A DNA stretch of 64,000 nt from Zygnema circumcarinatum SAG 698-1b (lineage: Eukaryota; Plantae; Zygnematophyceae). Below the pieces are notes generated by a model. The model made no database searches. It had not been told where the DNA came from and worked only from the letters and a program-made list of their open reading frames with translations. The position numbers were made by a program, and so were the translations under genes. Below are positions 27,422 through 39,100 of this stretch, one piece after another. Location of the stretch: the NCBI GenBank assembly GCA_037447605.1, contig CM074815.1:1116001-1180000 (forward strand), written 5' to 3'. How positions within the stretch are numbered: the first letter of the stretch is position 1; every line of letters starts with the position of its first letter.

Positions 27422-28226
27422 GGCTGCCCTCCTGCTCCGCTTCCTCCTCCTGCTCCTGCTCCCGCTTCCGCTTAACTGCACTGCTCCCTGCTCCTCCTAT
27501 CCTGCTCTAACCCTAACCCTAACTTTCCTCCTCTTATACGAAGGGACTGCACCTGCAGCCGACCACCGCCGGCCGGCGCCGGCCGGCAACGGGCTAGCGA
27601 CACATTCGTGCCGTACATTTCGTACTAGACCGGGCGTTACAATACAGTGGGGGGTCCTCGTATTTACCACCCTAAGGAGTGCGTATTTTCGCCCCGATTT
27701 TGCCGAAACCACCTTTTTGTACGGTAACTTGTGTTAGCCGTACTATTCGTACTGTTCGTACTAACCGTACTAGCCATACTATCTGTACTATGTAGCGTAA
27801 CGGAGCTGCGTTCGACGGATCCGCGTCCGTTCAATTGTACTTGACGTATGCCTCTTCCGTGTCACGGATCAACGGAATCCAGGAGCTGCCAACGGAGATT
27901 GAGAGAAGGCGGCGCCATGCGTTGGCGGCCCACGGAACAGCACACCATCCAGCAAGGCGCACTCGGGAACACCGCCTGAGGCCGCCGATTATCATTCGTT
28001 GACCTATCCGAAGGCTCCACGTAGTCAGTCAGGCCTCTCAGTGAGCAGTTGGCCAATCAGAGACTGTCACTGCTAAGACTCAAGATCTATTGTCAGTGTT
28101 AAGTAGATGGGATGTCAGTGATGCTTTTTTGTCTTTTAGTGTCAATAGTATTTGGATTTGTCAGGTTTGTTGTCTTGTTCTTCTTCTTCTTTTCCTTCCT
28201 CTTCGCCACAAAAACAAATGTGATGC

Positions 28227-28793
28227 TAAGTAAGAGAGAGAGAGAGAGAGAGTTCCATTACAGATGAGAGAGAGAGAGAAAGACTCCTTCTTGGCCGATA
28301 GCATTTAGACGCCCCATTCAAACTCTTCCTTCAAATGGTGACAAAGATTTCGCTGAGAAGACAACTTATCAGAATGACTCCCTACCCAACCTACCGTCAG
28401 TGAGTTTCCAAAATGCCACCTTTATCTAAGCCAGACCTGCTTTCCTCACAATACTATGCCAGTTGCCACTATCCTCGTTTCTATCCCCGCCTACACTCTT
28501 CCCACGACCGATGATAACTGTAAGCCTAGCTAAGAGACTAGCCGGTGGAGAGTGACAGGAAGAGAGGTCCCCAAGGAAGGGCTCTTTACATCAAGTCCAA
28601 ATTACCGTGGAACGCCTTCGTAATCCTTACGCCTTCACAAGGCTGCATTCTCTCAATCCTGATCTCGCTCTATGTCAGCAGTGCACTCCAGTCAAAGACC
28701 AGCCCAACCTCATTAGTTTCGCAAGACGGACGCCGAGTGGCCGCATAAAGACCGCAGAACTAGCTCTCAGCTAGCCTTCCCTTAACCCCACTT
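28227..28793 (+). repeat. Putative 5' LTR, carrying two (GA)n runs
   Basis: Alignable by eye to 33949-34511, for example GTGAGTTTCCAAAATGCCACCTTTATCTAAG, AAGCCTAGCTAAGAGACTAGCCG and CTTCCCTTAACCCCACTT. The true start may lie further left because the partner copy begins at a gap. Confidence 0.75.
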
Positions 28794-28929
28794 CAAGCTA
28801 ATGCAGCTAAAGACGCCAGCCCCAAAGGTGTATAGGACCATTCCTCTAAGACCCTCACCTCCATATTCACAATCTCATTTCCATCCGTAGCCCCCTGTGC
28901 AGTGTGCTTCTGTGGGCAAGGGCAGGACG

Positions 28930-30999
28930 ACGATGGACCCTCCAGCCTTTTCAACCAACTCGCAGAGAAGCACACGAAGTCGACCTCGAAGTTCCTCAAA
29001 GAAGATGGAAGAGATGATGACAAAACTGATAGCCTTGATTCCTGAAAAGAGTGAGGTGAGGGATACCTCTGGCATCATCACTAGCGGCTTCACCGGCAAG
29101 CAGGTAGATGCAGAGTCTTGGCTGAGACACCTTGAGGAGAAGGCAACAAGTAGCGCACTGGCGAGGACCAATGGATCAAGCCGCCTCGAGCTGGAAGGAG
29201 AGGCCGCCAATCGAAGCTGCCCCGGCAACGGTACGCGGGCGGATGTCGCTGCAACCTCGACAAGGGACACATTCGGGCAAGCTTTCGCATAACGCTGGAT
29301 TTCGCATCCATCATCGCGGCAATCGACTTCGCTACATGTAATGCTACAGCGATGAGCGGGCCGCTTGAATTCACCAGCCGCTTTGTGCGATGGCAAATAA
29401 TGCATCGGTGAACTTGCCCGACTTCTTCCGGCGCTCCAAAGGGTTCCGCAAGGCCATCGGTGCGCGATCTCCACTGATCGTGGAGTCATGGTGACAACCT
29501 TACCGCTTCCGTGCATTGCCGGGGACAGGCGCAGCCGTAATCTCGTGGCGATCAAGAGAGAGGCAACCCACATGTGCTGCAATTACATTACATGAACGCT
29601 AGCTGCATCCACGCATGTGATCACTTACCAAAGCAGCTTCAAGACGCAGTAATCAATGGGGCTGTTTCCTCATCCCTTTACGCCACATCTACTCTAACAA
29701 GCCTTCCTTCTCCGCGCCACTGCCAGACGCCCCGACAAAATTTCGTGGTGCCTTCCGGGCCAGCCAGCACAAACTGCTTCTCCCCTTCCTTTCCCCATAC
29801 TCTCATGATCCGCCCATCCTAGACAGCCGGCGGTGAATCCTCACATACCGATGTTTCGCCTGTGATATCGGGCTCTTATTCCGACAGACGCCTCAAGAGA
29901 GAGAAGCCGCCAGGCCGACCAAGGCCAGTTTGAAGGACAGAGAGGGTGGGTTCCAGAGGGCGTCGCCTTACCAAGGCCTCAATCATAATCTCGCTGCCGC
30001 TGGCGACTACGGACTGCGACCTTCGGCCGATCACGGACATGATGCCCGTGTGTGCATGCGAGACTCGAAAGTGAGAAGGCCCAAGAAAGGGGAAAAGAGG
30101 GTACCGAAGGGAGCTCACCCGCAGAGATCACCTCTACGGATATGCTCCCGCTGCTCCCACACCACCGAGCCCGCCCTCGCCTCGGCCTCCATCTCCTTCA
30201 CCCGCTTACACCATCCTGCAACGACCGCCTATCCACCTGCACCCCATGGAGTCCCCTTCCCTGACAAACGCATTGGGTGCTGAGTCTGATCCTGCTCCCC
30301 GCTCACGCACCGCCCAAATTGCCGCAGCATTGCAACCGGCTTGGTCCAAATCCCCCATCACTTCTGATGAGGGTGCCCAAGCCTGGATCGCCGAGATTGC
30401 AATCGCCTTCGCAGTTCCCCGCCAACCGGCCGCATCCTCATTCTCATCCACCGCCATTCCTCCCGCCACGTGTCAACGGCGCCGCCTTCAGCACGGCTCC
30501 ACCGTCGCCAACACCGTCCAAGAACTTCGGGCCATCCCTCCCACCACGTCATCCCTGGGATCCCCGCCTCGAGGAGGAAATTGAAGATCTCAATGAAGAG
30601 GAGCCGACAGCAGCGCAGCCAGAGCCGACGGCACCGGCGACCGAAGAGATGCACGTCAATCCACCCCATCGCCCTCGGGCAGCTCGTTTCTACCCACAAG
30701 CAGCCGATCGTCGACCACCCCCCCCGACAGACGGCCTATCCTTGATTGAACGCATGGTTCATCAACTCATGGGAGACAAGGCTAAGATCGGTATTACCTT
30801 GTCACAGTTGATGCAGCTTGTACCAGGTGCTGCCGCCGTAGTTCGAAAGCTGGCCGACAGCGCAGAGGCCACCCTACGGCCTCCCACGATTCCTATGGCC
30901 CCTCCTCCAGACGTCCCCTCGCCGGCCGATATCCACCACATGGCTACTTCAAGCTTCACTCCAAGCCGCTTCTATCCTCCTCGCATGTGTATCTCGTGA
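28930..30999 (+). pseudogene. Fragmented gag-like region
   Basis: FTGKQVDAESWLRHLEEKA resembles a retrotransposon gag motif; a downstream Pro-rich ORF spans 30277-30999. Confidence 0.45.
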
Positions 31000-31899
31000 T
31001 CCTCCTCCAGAACCCAACGCCTGCTAAATGGGCGGATCATCATTTCAATGTGGCATTTCAACGGTCATCCCAAAGAAGCCATGATCGGCCACATGAGCTA
31101 TGCGCACAGCTTCGCTCCAAGCTCGTGATGAAGGCCGCAGGGGTTAAGTTGGACAAGACACTTGGAGCCGCTCTCATATGTGGGGGTTGAAGGGAGCTTA
31201 CATGAAGGATTGGGCGCCGCTTCGCGGTCACGGGCCTTGGCGCAGATGGGAGCCACTGAATGCGTCATCACTACTACCAACACTATTCTATCCTCAGCCG
31301 GGCTCAGATTGGCCTATCGCGATGGGAGCACAAATCTACTTTGCTACATGTCAATCGTGACTTATCCGGCCAAGGGATGTACCGCCCCTTTCCCATCATC
31401 CTCGAAATCCCTTACCACCTCACTTTCCCCATGCGCCACGCCACTTGCCACAGTCTCCACTCCGAGATCACTATGTACCATTCATTTCAAGCAGCCTCTT
31501 ATTCTTCTTATGGATCGCTAATTCCCCGGATACCGATGACGCAGGATGCCCCTCCCCGCCCGAACGCCTGCAAGCGCCGACGACTTAACCGCTGCCGCCA
31601 GCGATACCGCGACCCAGCCTTTCCCCACATGAGACCATCGGGCGTGTGAGGAGTGGTTGAAATAGAGGGCGACGCGATTAGGCCCGGCATCCTCGACCCG
31701 GACAAGCATTCCTAACTACGCTTGCGTCGCTACCGAATCACCGAAGTTTTCGTGACGACATTCACTGACATCTAAGAAGACTCACTTGATCGAGCACCAC
31801 ATCGATACGGGATGCGCCTCCCGCGGATGACCCCTCACTCCCTACCGCTTCCGCCGTGAGACAAGAAATGATGTCGTGAACGCATTTATCAATGGTGGA

Positions 31900-33000
31900 A
31901 CGTACGCCGGATTGATGGAACTCGGAGAAGGGCCGGGCTGCCTCGGGCCGTTTCGCCTCAAAGCCGGATGGCACACTCGCCTGCGGGGACTACCAAAATC
32001 AATGCAATAACGGCGGATCCCTACACATCGGGCCGATGTGGACCTCATTCTCCACCGCGCTCTCATGACCGTGATTCTCGCACTTGACATGTGAATCCTT
32101 TTGGCAGATCCCCCTGCGGCAGGCCGATCGCTGCAAGACAGGGCTTCGCACAGCCACGCGCTTTGTGCAGTGGACAGTGCTTCCATTCGGGCTCAAGAAT
32201 TCCAGTCAGACTCACCAGCGCCTGGCCAACCAGGTGTTCGGCCCCTGTCGTGCCTTCTGCGAGCCTTACGTGGATGATGCTTCGATCCACAGCAAGGACT
32301 GGTCCTCCCACCTGCAGCACATTGACCAAGTCCTGCAACAGCTCATCAGTGCGCGTCTGAAGATTGCACCCAAGAAGTGCAAATGGGGCCACCAGAGATC
32401 ACTATCCTAACTTCTGATCAATGTGGCCCCAAACCATCACCGATAAGATCAGTTACTGTCTCTTATGCCGATTCCACGCACTCACTCACCAAGTCTTCTG
32501 GGGCCTCACCTCATTCTATCACGGCTCATGGGCGGCTATTCCCTTATCGCGACGCCCCCTACATGCCTCTGGAGAAGCACCTGGCCCAATACGAATGGAG
32601 CCGAGCGCAGGATTTGGCCTTCCACGCGCTCAAGAGTGCCCTCCTTCAGGCTCCTTGCCTGCATCAATTTGACCCCACCCTTCCCACCATTATTGACGCC
32701 GACTGGAGTCAGACAGGCTTTGGGGCAGTGGCCAGCCAAGCATTCTCAGATGGGGAACACCCGGTCAGTTTTGCAAGCAGGGTCTGTTCAGAAACCGAGA
32801 CCAAGTATAGCCCTACTGAGGGAGAGGCCGCGTTATCCTCGGGCAATCGAAGTTCGCTCTTTTCGACGGCTTACCAGCCCGTTATATATATCATCCGATC
32901 ACCACATGCCTCACTCTGGTCGCATTATCAGCGGCGCCCTGGCTTCACCTAAGTTTGCACGATGGGTGATGGAAGTTGGAGTGGAGTATAATGTGCTTAA
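31900..33000 (+). pseudogene. Frameshifted reverse transcriptase and RNase H
   Basis: FWQIPLRQADRCKTG...VLPFGLKNS...YVDDASIHS...LKIAPKKCKWG; then AFHALKSALLQAPCLHQFDPTLPTIIDADWSQTGFGAV...PVSFASR...KYSPTEGE. Confidence 0.9.
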
Positions 33001-33687
33001 GGTCACCCACCGGCCCGTAGTCAATGTAAGAATGCCGACGGCCAGCCGCAATCCTTCTGCCCTCCTCTCGGCCAATGATCCGCCGCTCGGAACCCATCAT
33101 CCCTCCACCCACCCTCAACCCCTCGAGCATCTTCCCATTGAGATTTTATCAGCTGCCAAGCCCCTCGCATGATGTCCTATTCGCATGGGCCGGGACGGGA
33201 TATTCCGCCACCGCCACCACCCCTCCACTGGAGGACCCCCATTTCACCTTCCACGGCCACCCCCCATGCGATCCGCTGGAAATCCTCGCGATGACGCATG
33301 GCGACGCCCGATAATGATTACCATCTGCATCTCCCTTCAAGGCTACGCGGCGACCCGCGACGCCGCCTCTTTGTCACGGATACCGAGGCTCGCCGCCCGG
33401 CCGCTGAACTTCTCTCGCTGATGATGACGGGACAGACTTCTTACATTCCTTCCTCGCATTCCCGCCCCATTTCTCCCTAACGAAGGCTCGAAATCCCCGG
33501 ACGCCGCCTACCTATGCCTGCTAACCTCGCAGTGCTTCCACCTCGGGATGTAAGAAGATGGCGCTCGCCAGTGTGAGCTGCCGGCCGCTGGGCCTCCGCC
33601 TCCATGGCGCGTGGAGCCGCTACATTGAAACCCTCGCACCGCCGCTAACGCTACAGCGCCCCTAAGCCCCCAACGCCAACCCTCGAG

Positions 33688-33938
33688 ATGGGTGAGATCC
33701 CAATACGCGGCGTCGCCGAAGATTGGAACATTGACACCTTTTCTATCCCCCAGCTCGGCACCCCCTCTGGCTACATTCGAGTCTTCCTAGCCGTGGACAG
33801 ATACACCAAGTGGGTAGAGGTTCACGCTACAGAATCTAAGCATTCCGTCCACTCTGCCCGCCTCCTGACGGCCATCATTCACCGCCACTCTCTACCCTAC
33901 TCTGTCCACTCTGACAATGGCACCGAATACAAGGGGGC
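33688..33938 (+). pseudogene. Integrase core fragment truncated by assembly gap
   Basis: FLAVDRYTKWVEVHA...IIHRHSLPYSVHSDNGTEYKG. Confidence 0.88.
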
Positions 33939-33948
33939 NNNNNNNNNN
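33939..33948. other. Assembly gap (10 N)
   Basis: Run of n characters. Confidence 1.
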
Positions 33949-34511
33949 TAAGTAAGAGAGAGAGAGAGAGAGAGAGTTCCATGCCATAGATAGAGAGAGA
34001 GAGAGAAAGACTCTTCTTGCTGATAGCATTTAGACGTCCCATTCAGCCCAGCTAGACAAAGATTTCAGTGAGAAGACAACTTCATTGTAATGACATTCCC
34101 CAGCCAACCGCTGGCTGGGGTGAGTTTCCAAAATGCCACCTTTATCTAAGTTGTGACCTGTTTTCCCTTTGCTGTCACTATGCCAAGCCACTATCCTGTT
34201 CTATCCTGCCTTACACTCTTCCCAATGACCGATGATAACTAGAAGCCTAGCTAAGAGACTAGCCGAGGAGAGGACAGGGGAAGAGAGTCCCCAAGGAAGG
34301 GCTCTTTGCGCATCAAGTCCAGCCGCCGGTGGGAACGTCTTCAGAATCCCTACGTCTTCCGCTGCGCGTACCTCTGAATCCCCCGGATCCTGGCTCTATG
34401 CTGCAGGCAGACCCACAGCACCAGCCCAACCCTTCATTAGTTTCAGCACGGACGCGCGAGTGGCCGTACAGCACCTGCAACTAGCTCACCAGTCTTCCCT
34501 TAACCCCACTT
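33949..34511 (+). repeat. Putative 3' LTR
   Basis: Diverged direct copy of 28227-28793; the sequence continues to ...GTGCTACA at 34524. Confidence 0.75.
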
Positions 34512-34614
34512 ATCTTGTGCTACAACTAGCCGTTACGGGCTTACGCAAAACTCACCTAATCTCCCCGCTCGTGCCGCCGTAAGAGGCGCTCGCTCTTCTC
34601 CCCTTCTTCCTGGC

Positions 34615-34835
34615 TTCGATACGATACGATACGAAACGATCGGTACGATACTTTACGATACTAGGAGATACGATACGAAACGCCCCGATATGGTATTGTC
34701 CGTACGAGCCGTACGAGCTGAGACGAACAACAGAAAGCGGAAAACTACGTCTATGCGTCACGATATGGAACGATACGATACGATAACAAACGAGACAGTA
34801 CGATACGGTACGATATCATACGGTACGATATGTAC
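34615..34835. repeat. (ACGAT/ACGGT)n pentamer array in the right arm of the TIR element
   Basis: Repeated ACGATACGATACG and GGTACGATA; the same array type occurs at 54615-54650. Confidence 0.8.
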
Positions 34836-36107
34836 GGTCTAACATGAACTCTAACATAATACCACCCGACTATTCGTAACACAAACCTTATATATGCAAA
34901 ATTAATATTTTCGCCTCATATTGGCCGGAACCAGGGTGGAAAATATGAGGACCCCCTACTGTAAATGGTTCGTACACATAACGTACGGTAAATGTAGCAA
35001 CACCACTCACATTTGGACACGTGTCGGCGTTGTGACCATTGTGGCGGTACGGCCGCCACAATACGGCGGCTGAAATCCATACACGTACGGTCCGGAGAAG
35101 GGTCCGATTCTCGCTCCCTCTCGGATCCACCGCGTCACGCGCGTCACGTCTGCCAACGGTCAGATTCGGCGTCCCATGTGGAATCTCTCGATCGTAAGAA
35201 GCTCTGGTCAAATTTGTGAAACTGTGGCAGATTGCGTTCATGGAAACAAGCACGCGAGCAAGGATGGAGTGCCGAGAGGAGCGCGCTCACACAGTTGAGG
35301 CCCTATTCCTCGTGCAAAGCTTAACAAGTACTCGCTTACAAGGAACTTAGATGGCATCGCCATTGCAGGTTTCAAAGACATTCAACACTTTCATCGCAAT
35401 TAGCACACGTGGGTTGGCATTGATCTCACGATGGTGTTGCCATCAAATGTACAATGAGAAGGGCACTAAAATATGAAGAATCAATAGGAAACGGTCGTGA
35501 AACCCCATGAACGGAAAGAAAAGCTACGAGCGGAGCGCTGTGTAACACAAACATGGCTTCAATAGCAGCCGCGAGGATGCACCGAGGGAGGTGTTGAAAG
35601 GCCGCTGAACCACACAACACTTGGCGCCTCCAACCGTTCACCACAGAAGGAAAAATGGAACGGAACACAGAAAGATGGTTTGTTGAGCACCACCCGCCGC
35701 CTTCCACGTTTGCCAGTCTCGCTGTAGAGAACGGTCCAGCGCCGGTTGGTTGCACATGGAGGCTGTGGGACTGTACAGTACTACAACGCAAGGGAGTTTC
35801 CATGGCCGGGTCACAGGTCACAGCCATGCGAGCACAGCCTCTGAGTCTATACTGTGACGGCCAGTCTGCTGAGGTCAGCGAGGGATCCTCGCCACAGAGC
35901 ACCTGTCCACAAGATGCACTGCCACTCACGATTACTTTATATCCTAACTAACTGATCCTGTTATAAAAGCAACATCTGCATACACTGGAAACGGAACTTT
36001 GCTTTATCTGGAATAAATCGCTCATACAAGCCGGCCGAGGAAGGCTGCAGCCCTAAGGATCAGAACCGTCAGAAGCAAGAAACATGTTCCATGTGGAACA
36101 GTGTCGT

Positions 36108-39100
36108 TCAACTGCAACTGAAACAGCGACACAGAACGGGGGCTGACCTAAAGTAGTCGTTGAAGTCCAAATGACTGACAAAATCCTTGAAGTGAGAAGA
36201 CCCGCTTGCTGTGGTTGAAAGAACCTGCCATAGCATTCACAACCCCTCAAGTTAAGACATGCTTCCATATCCGACTCAGGAGACCCCATTTTCTGGAGGG
36301 GAAGAAAGACTTACAGCCGGGAAACTACCCGTGCTACCCTTAGCAGTAACCAATCCAAAGTGACTTCTCTTCTCGCTTGGCGTGCGAGAACATTCAAGAG
36401 CTTGAAATATGATGCTGACCTGAACAAAATAGGTCAATCTCTGTTTGGCATTCTCGCCCAGTTTCAGCAACTGTTCATGCCATTGCCCTTCGTACGTCCT
36501 CAACAAATGCGGATCCCTTTCACAAACATCCATCATTTTGTCAGAAATCATGCAGAAGTCGAGGACAAGGCCAAGCAGCTTCTGCACAAGGGACGCCACA
36601 TGCTCTGTCTGCAGCCCTCCCCCAACCCAAACATCATAAAACAAGTGAATCTCAACAGGCAGACTACTCACAAGTATGGAGGGGCCTTTCCTATGATGGG
36701 CCCCATGTTTGAGCATGAACTACGTATATGCCAATCTATCCAAGGTTGTCCAAGGTTGCACAAAGGGCATGGAATCAGAACCAGCTAGTTATGTTTCTGT
36801 TCGTGGAATAGAATGGGTAGGTGAAACTTACAAGGCTGCCAGAGTTAGCAAAAATCGAATGCAATATCGCGGCAAGGTACGCTCTATGGCAGGCAATAAG
36901 GCTCTCCAGAGACTCGGCTGCAGCCATTGCTGAAGTCAGCTCCGTCCAGGATTGAAGAGAAACCTGCCCTTCCATGGACCCATCAGACCATCGAGTTTGT
37001 TACAATTTCAGTAAAACAACAGGCATCTGACTGCAGGGTGACTCCTAATCACGAACCCTTGTTATGAGTATGACATGAAAGGATTGATCGGGATTGTCAA
37101 GAAGGAAAAAGCAAATAGAAGCATGTTCCGGGTTGGACCAAGAAACGAGTACTCAGTGAATACCTCATCCACGACATAGTAAAAGAGCGTATTCATGAAA
37201 TGGACAAGCCGCTCTTGAAGTCTTAGGACCAGCTTGCAAAGCTCAGCTTTGGGCCTCTTTGCAGATGCTTTCTCCCAAGTTCCACGTGCCTAATGAGATC
37301 AATTCAGAAAGCAAATAGATGAAATAGTAAGGAATAGACAATGATGTATTTTGCACAGGGAGTAGAAGCAGGAATCAAGGCAACGTTCAAGACTGCTAAC
37401 CCAATCCCAAATACACCGAGAAAAAGTGCAAAAATTCTAACGGTGACAATTCTAAAGTCAAGTGTACACTTTCACCTTCAAGATACGGTAAGCTGCCTCA
37501 TCCATCGTCTTCTTTACCCAGGTGACCTTGATGAGAAACTGTAAAATCTGCAATGCCATATCTTGATCATAGATGACCAATGAGGTTTAGATCTCACAGC
37601 CTGGAGAAGAGAGAATGACTAAGTATCGTACTGCTACAATGGTTGGCGTTGTGTATTCTGCAATAGAGGCTATGGAAGGTAGCCCGTGTAGATAATACGG
37701 AATGAAATGGCAAAAGGTTTGTTTGGTCCTCACCTGACTATATTCATGTTGGGCTGATGGATCTACCACCATCTCCAAGGGCCAGTCCGCCTGCAAGTAT
37801 GGCCTCAGCAATCACTGACTTATGCTCAAACACATCCTGCTATCTAATCTGACATAGAAGCATAGACATGGGTAGACATCAGCTTTATCATGAGGGTGAA
37901 GGTGCGAGGTTCCTCAGAATCCTCAAAGTTCTTAGGCTAAAAAGGGACTAAAAGGACAAGTAGGGATAATGGGCAGCAGCAGCCCCTTGGAAGTGGGACT
38001 GAAATTTAGCCATATATAACTTTGCTTCTAACTTATAAGATTATATTATGACGAAATGAGCACCTGCCATGTGAAGCGGAGATTATCATAAGACTGCAGC
38101 AGCTTCAGTCCTGATACTCCTGCAGGCCCCGCGCCTGTGTTTCCTTCGACTGCACGAGCAGTATTCAGCCGAGCTACATGTGATGATAACTGAAGGCTTG
38201 CAAGGACTTTCCTGACTCTGCTGTCCTCCACATTTTCCACGGATTCCTGGACATAAAATGCAAATATTCAAAACAAGAATCTCTAAGCCAAAAATGAAAA
38301 ATATTAACGTCTCCTTTGGAACTCTTTTTACAAAGACCCATCTGCTGTAGCACGGTAGTAGATATGACAAGCCTAGGTGAAGCAGGTCAGAGCAGACTAC
38401 AAGATGTTTACTGTATTTCAGCCTAGCAAAGAAGGACATCAGCATTGCCACCTGAGATCTAATGAGCATTAAGCAGCTCCAAATCTAAAGAGAACAGAGG
38501 CATTCGCTAACGGTACAGCCATACTCAAGTGCCTTTCTACTGCCAAGCATACTGTTGAACACCAAAATTACATCAGTGAACATACGTATTGCTTAACGAC
38601 CCTGATTGCATCTTCAATACTGCATATCGGTGATCCAGTGACTCCATAACATAAACCTTCATTCATCCGTCTATGCTGACATCGTAATCAAGAACATCAA
38701 AACGTGAGTTCGTGTTAGCTATTCCCTACCCCCTCCCCCCGCCTTCTTTGATCTACTTTATTTGTCATTATTCTGCTCTGCATATTTTTTTTTGACAAAT
38801 GCAGATGAACGATTAGCTGGATGAGGTGATAATCCTTTCAGGTATACCGGAAAAGAAAGACAGCTCCATCTGCACCTAAGGACTTACTTCCAGTGCACGG
38901 TGAAGGAGATTCAGGTCCAAAGTCCGAACAGAGCGATGTGCAGTGGAGAGGACGGACAGGAAGGGGTCAAAATGATTCCCTGCAAAATGCTAAGAACAAA
39001 CTTCAGCTGAACCAAATGATGGCTTCATTTTGCAATTAGAAGCTATGATTGTTGTTTGAAGCAAACAGTAAATGTCTTTGCAATGGTGGCAAGATGGATC

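Larger units (their letters stand above)
28227..34524 (+). mobile_element. Degenerate Ty3/gypsy LTR retrotransposon
   Basis: Direct repeats at 28227-28793 and 33949-34511 bracket gag-like, RT, RNase H and integrase fragments in gypsy order (RT-RH-IN), with many stops and frameshifts. No PBS or TSD identified. Confidence 0.85.
27645..34961. mobile_element. Non-autonomous TIR DNA element (Tc1/mariner-pogo-like MITE) flanked by TA, interrupted by a gypsy retroelement
   Basis: Left end TA|CAGTGGGGGGTCCTCGTATTTACCACCCT (27645); right end reverse complement TA|CAGTAGGGGGTCCTCATATTTTCCACCCT (ends 34961): 29-bp TIR with 3 mismatches. Subterminal CGTAC/ACGAT pentamer arrays lie on both arms. No transposase ORF. 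Confidence 0.8.

Noticed and set aside
35426-35951. ORFs of 167 and 98 aa between the TIR element and the GCP5 stop
   Set aside because: No recognisable homology or exon structure; probably 3' UTR or intergenic.
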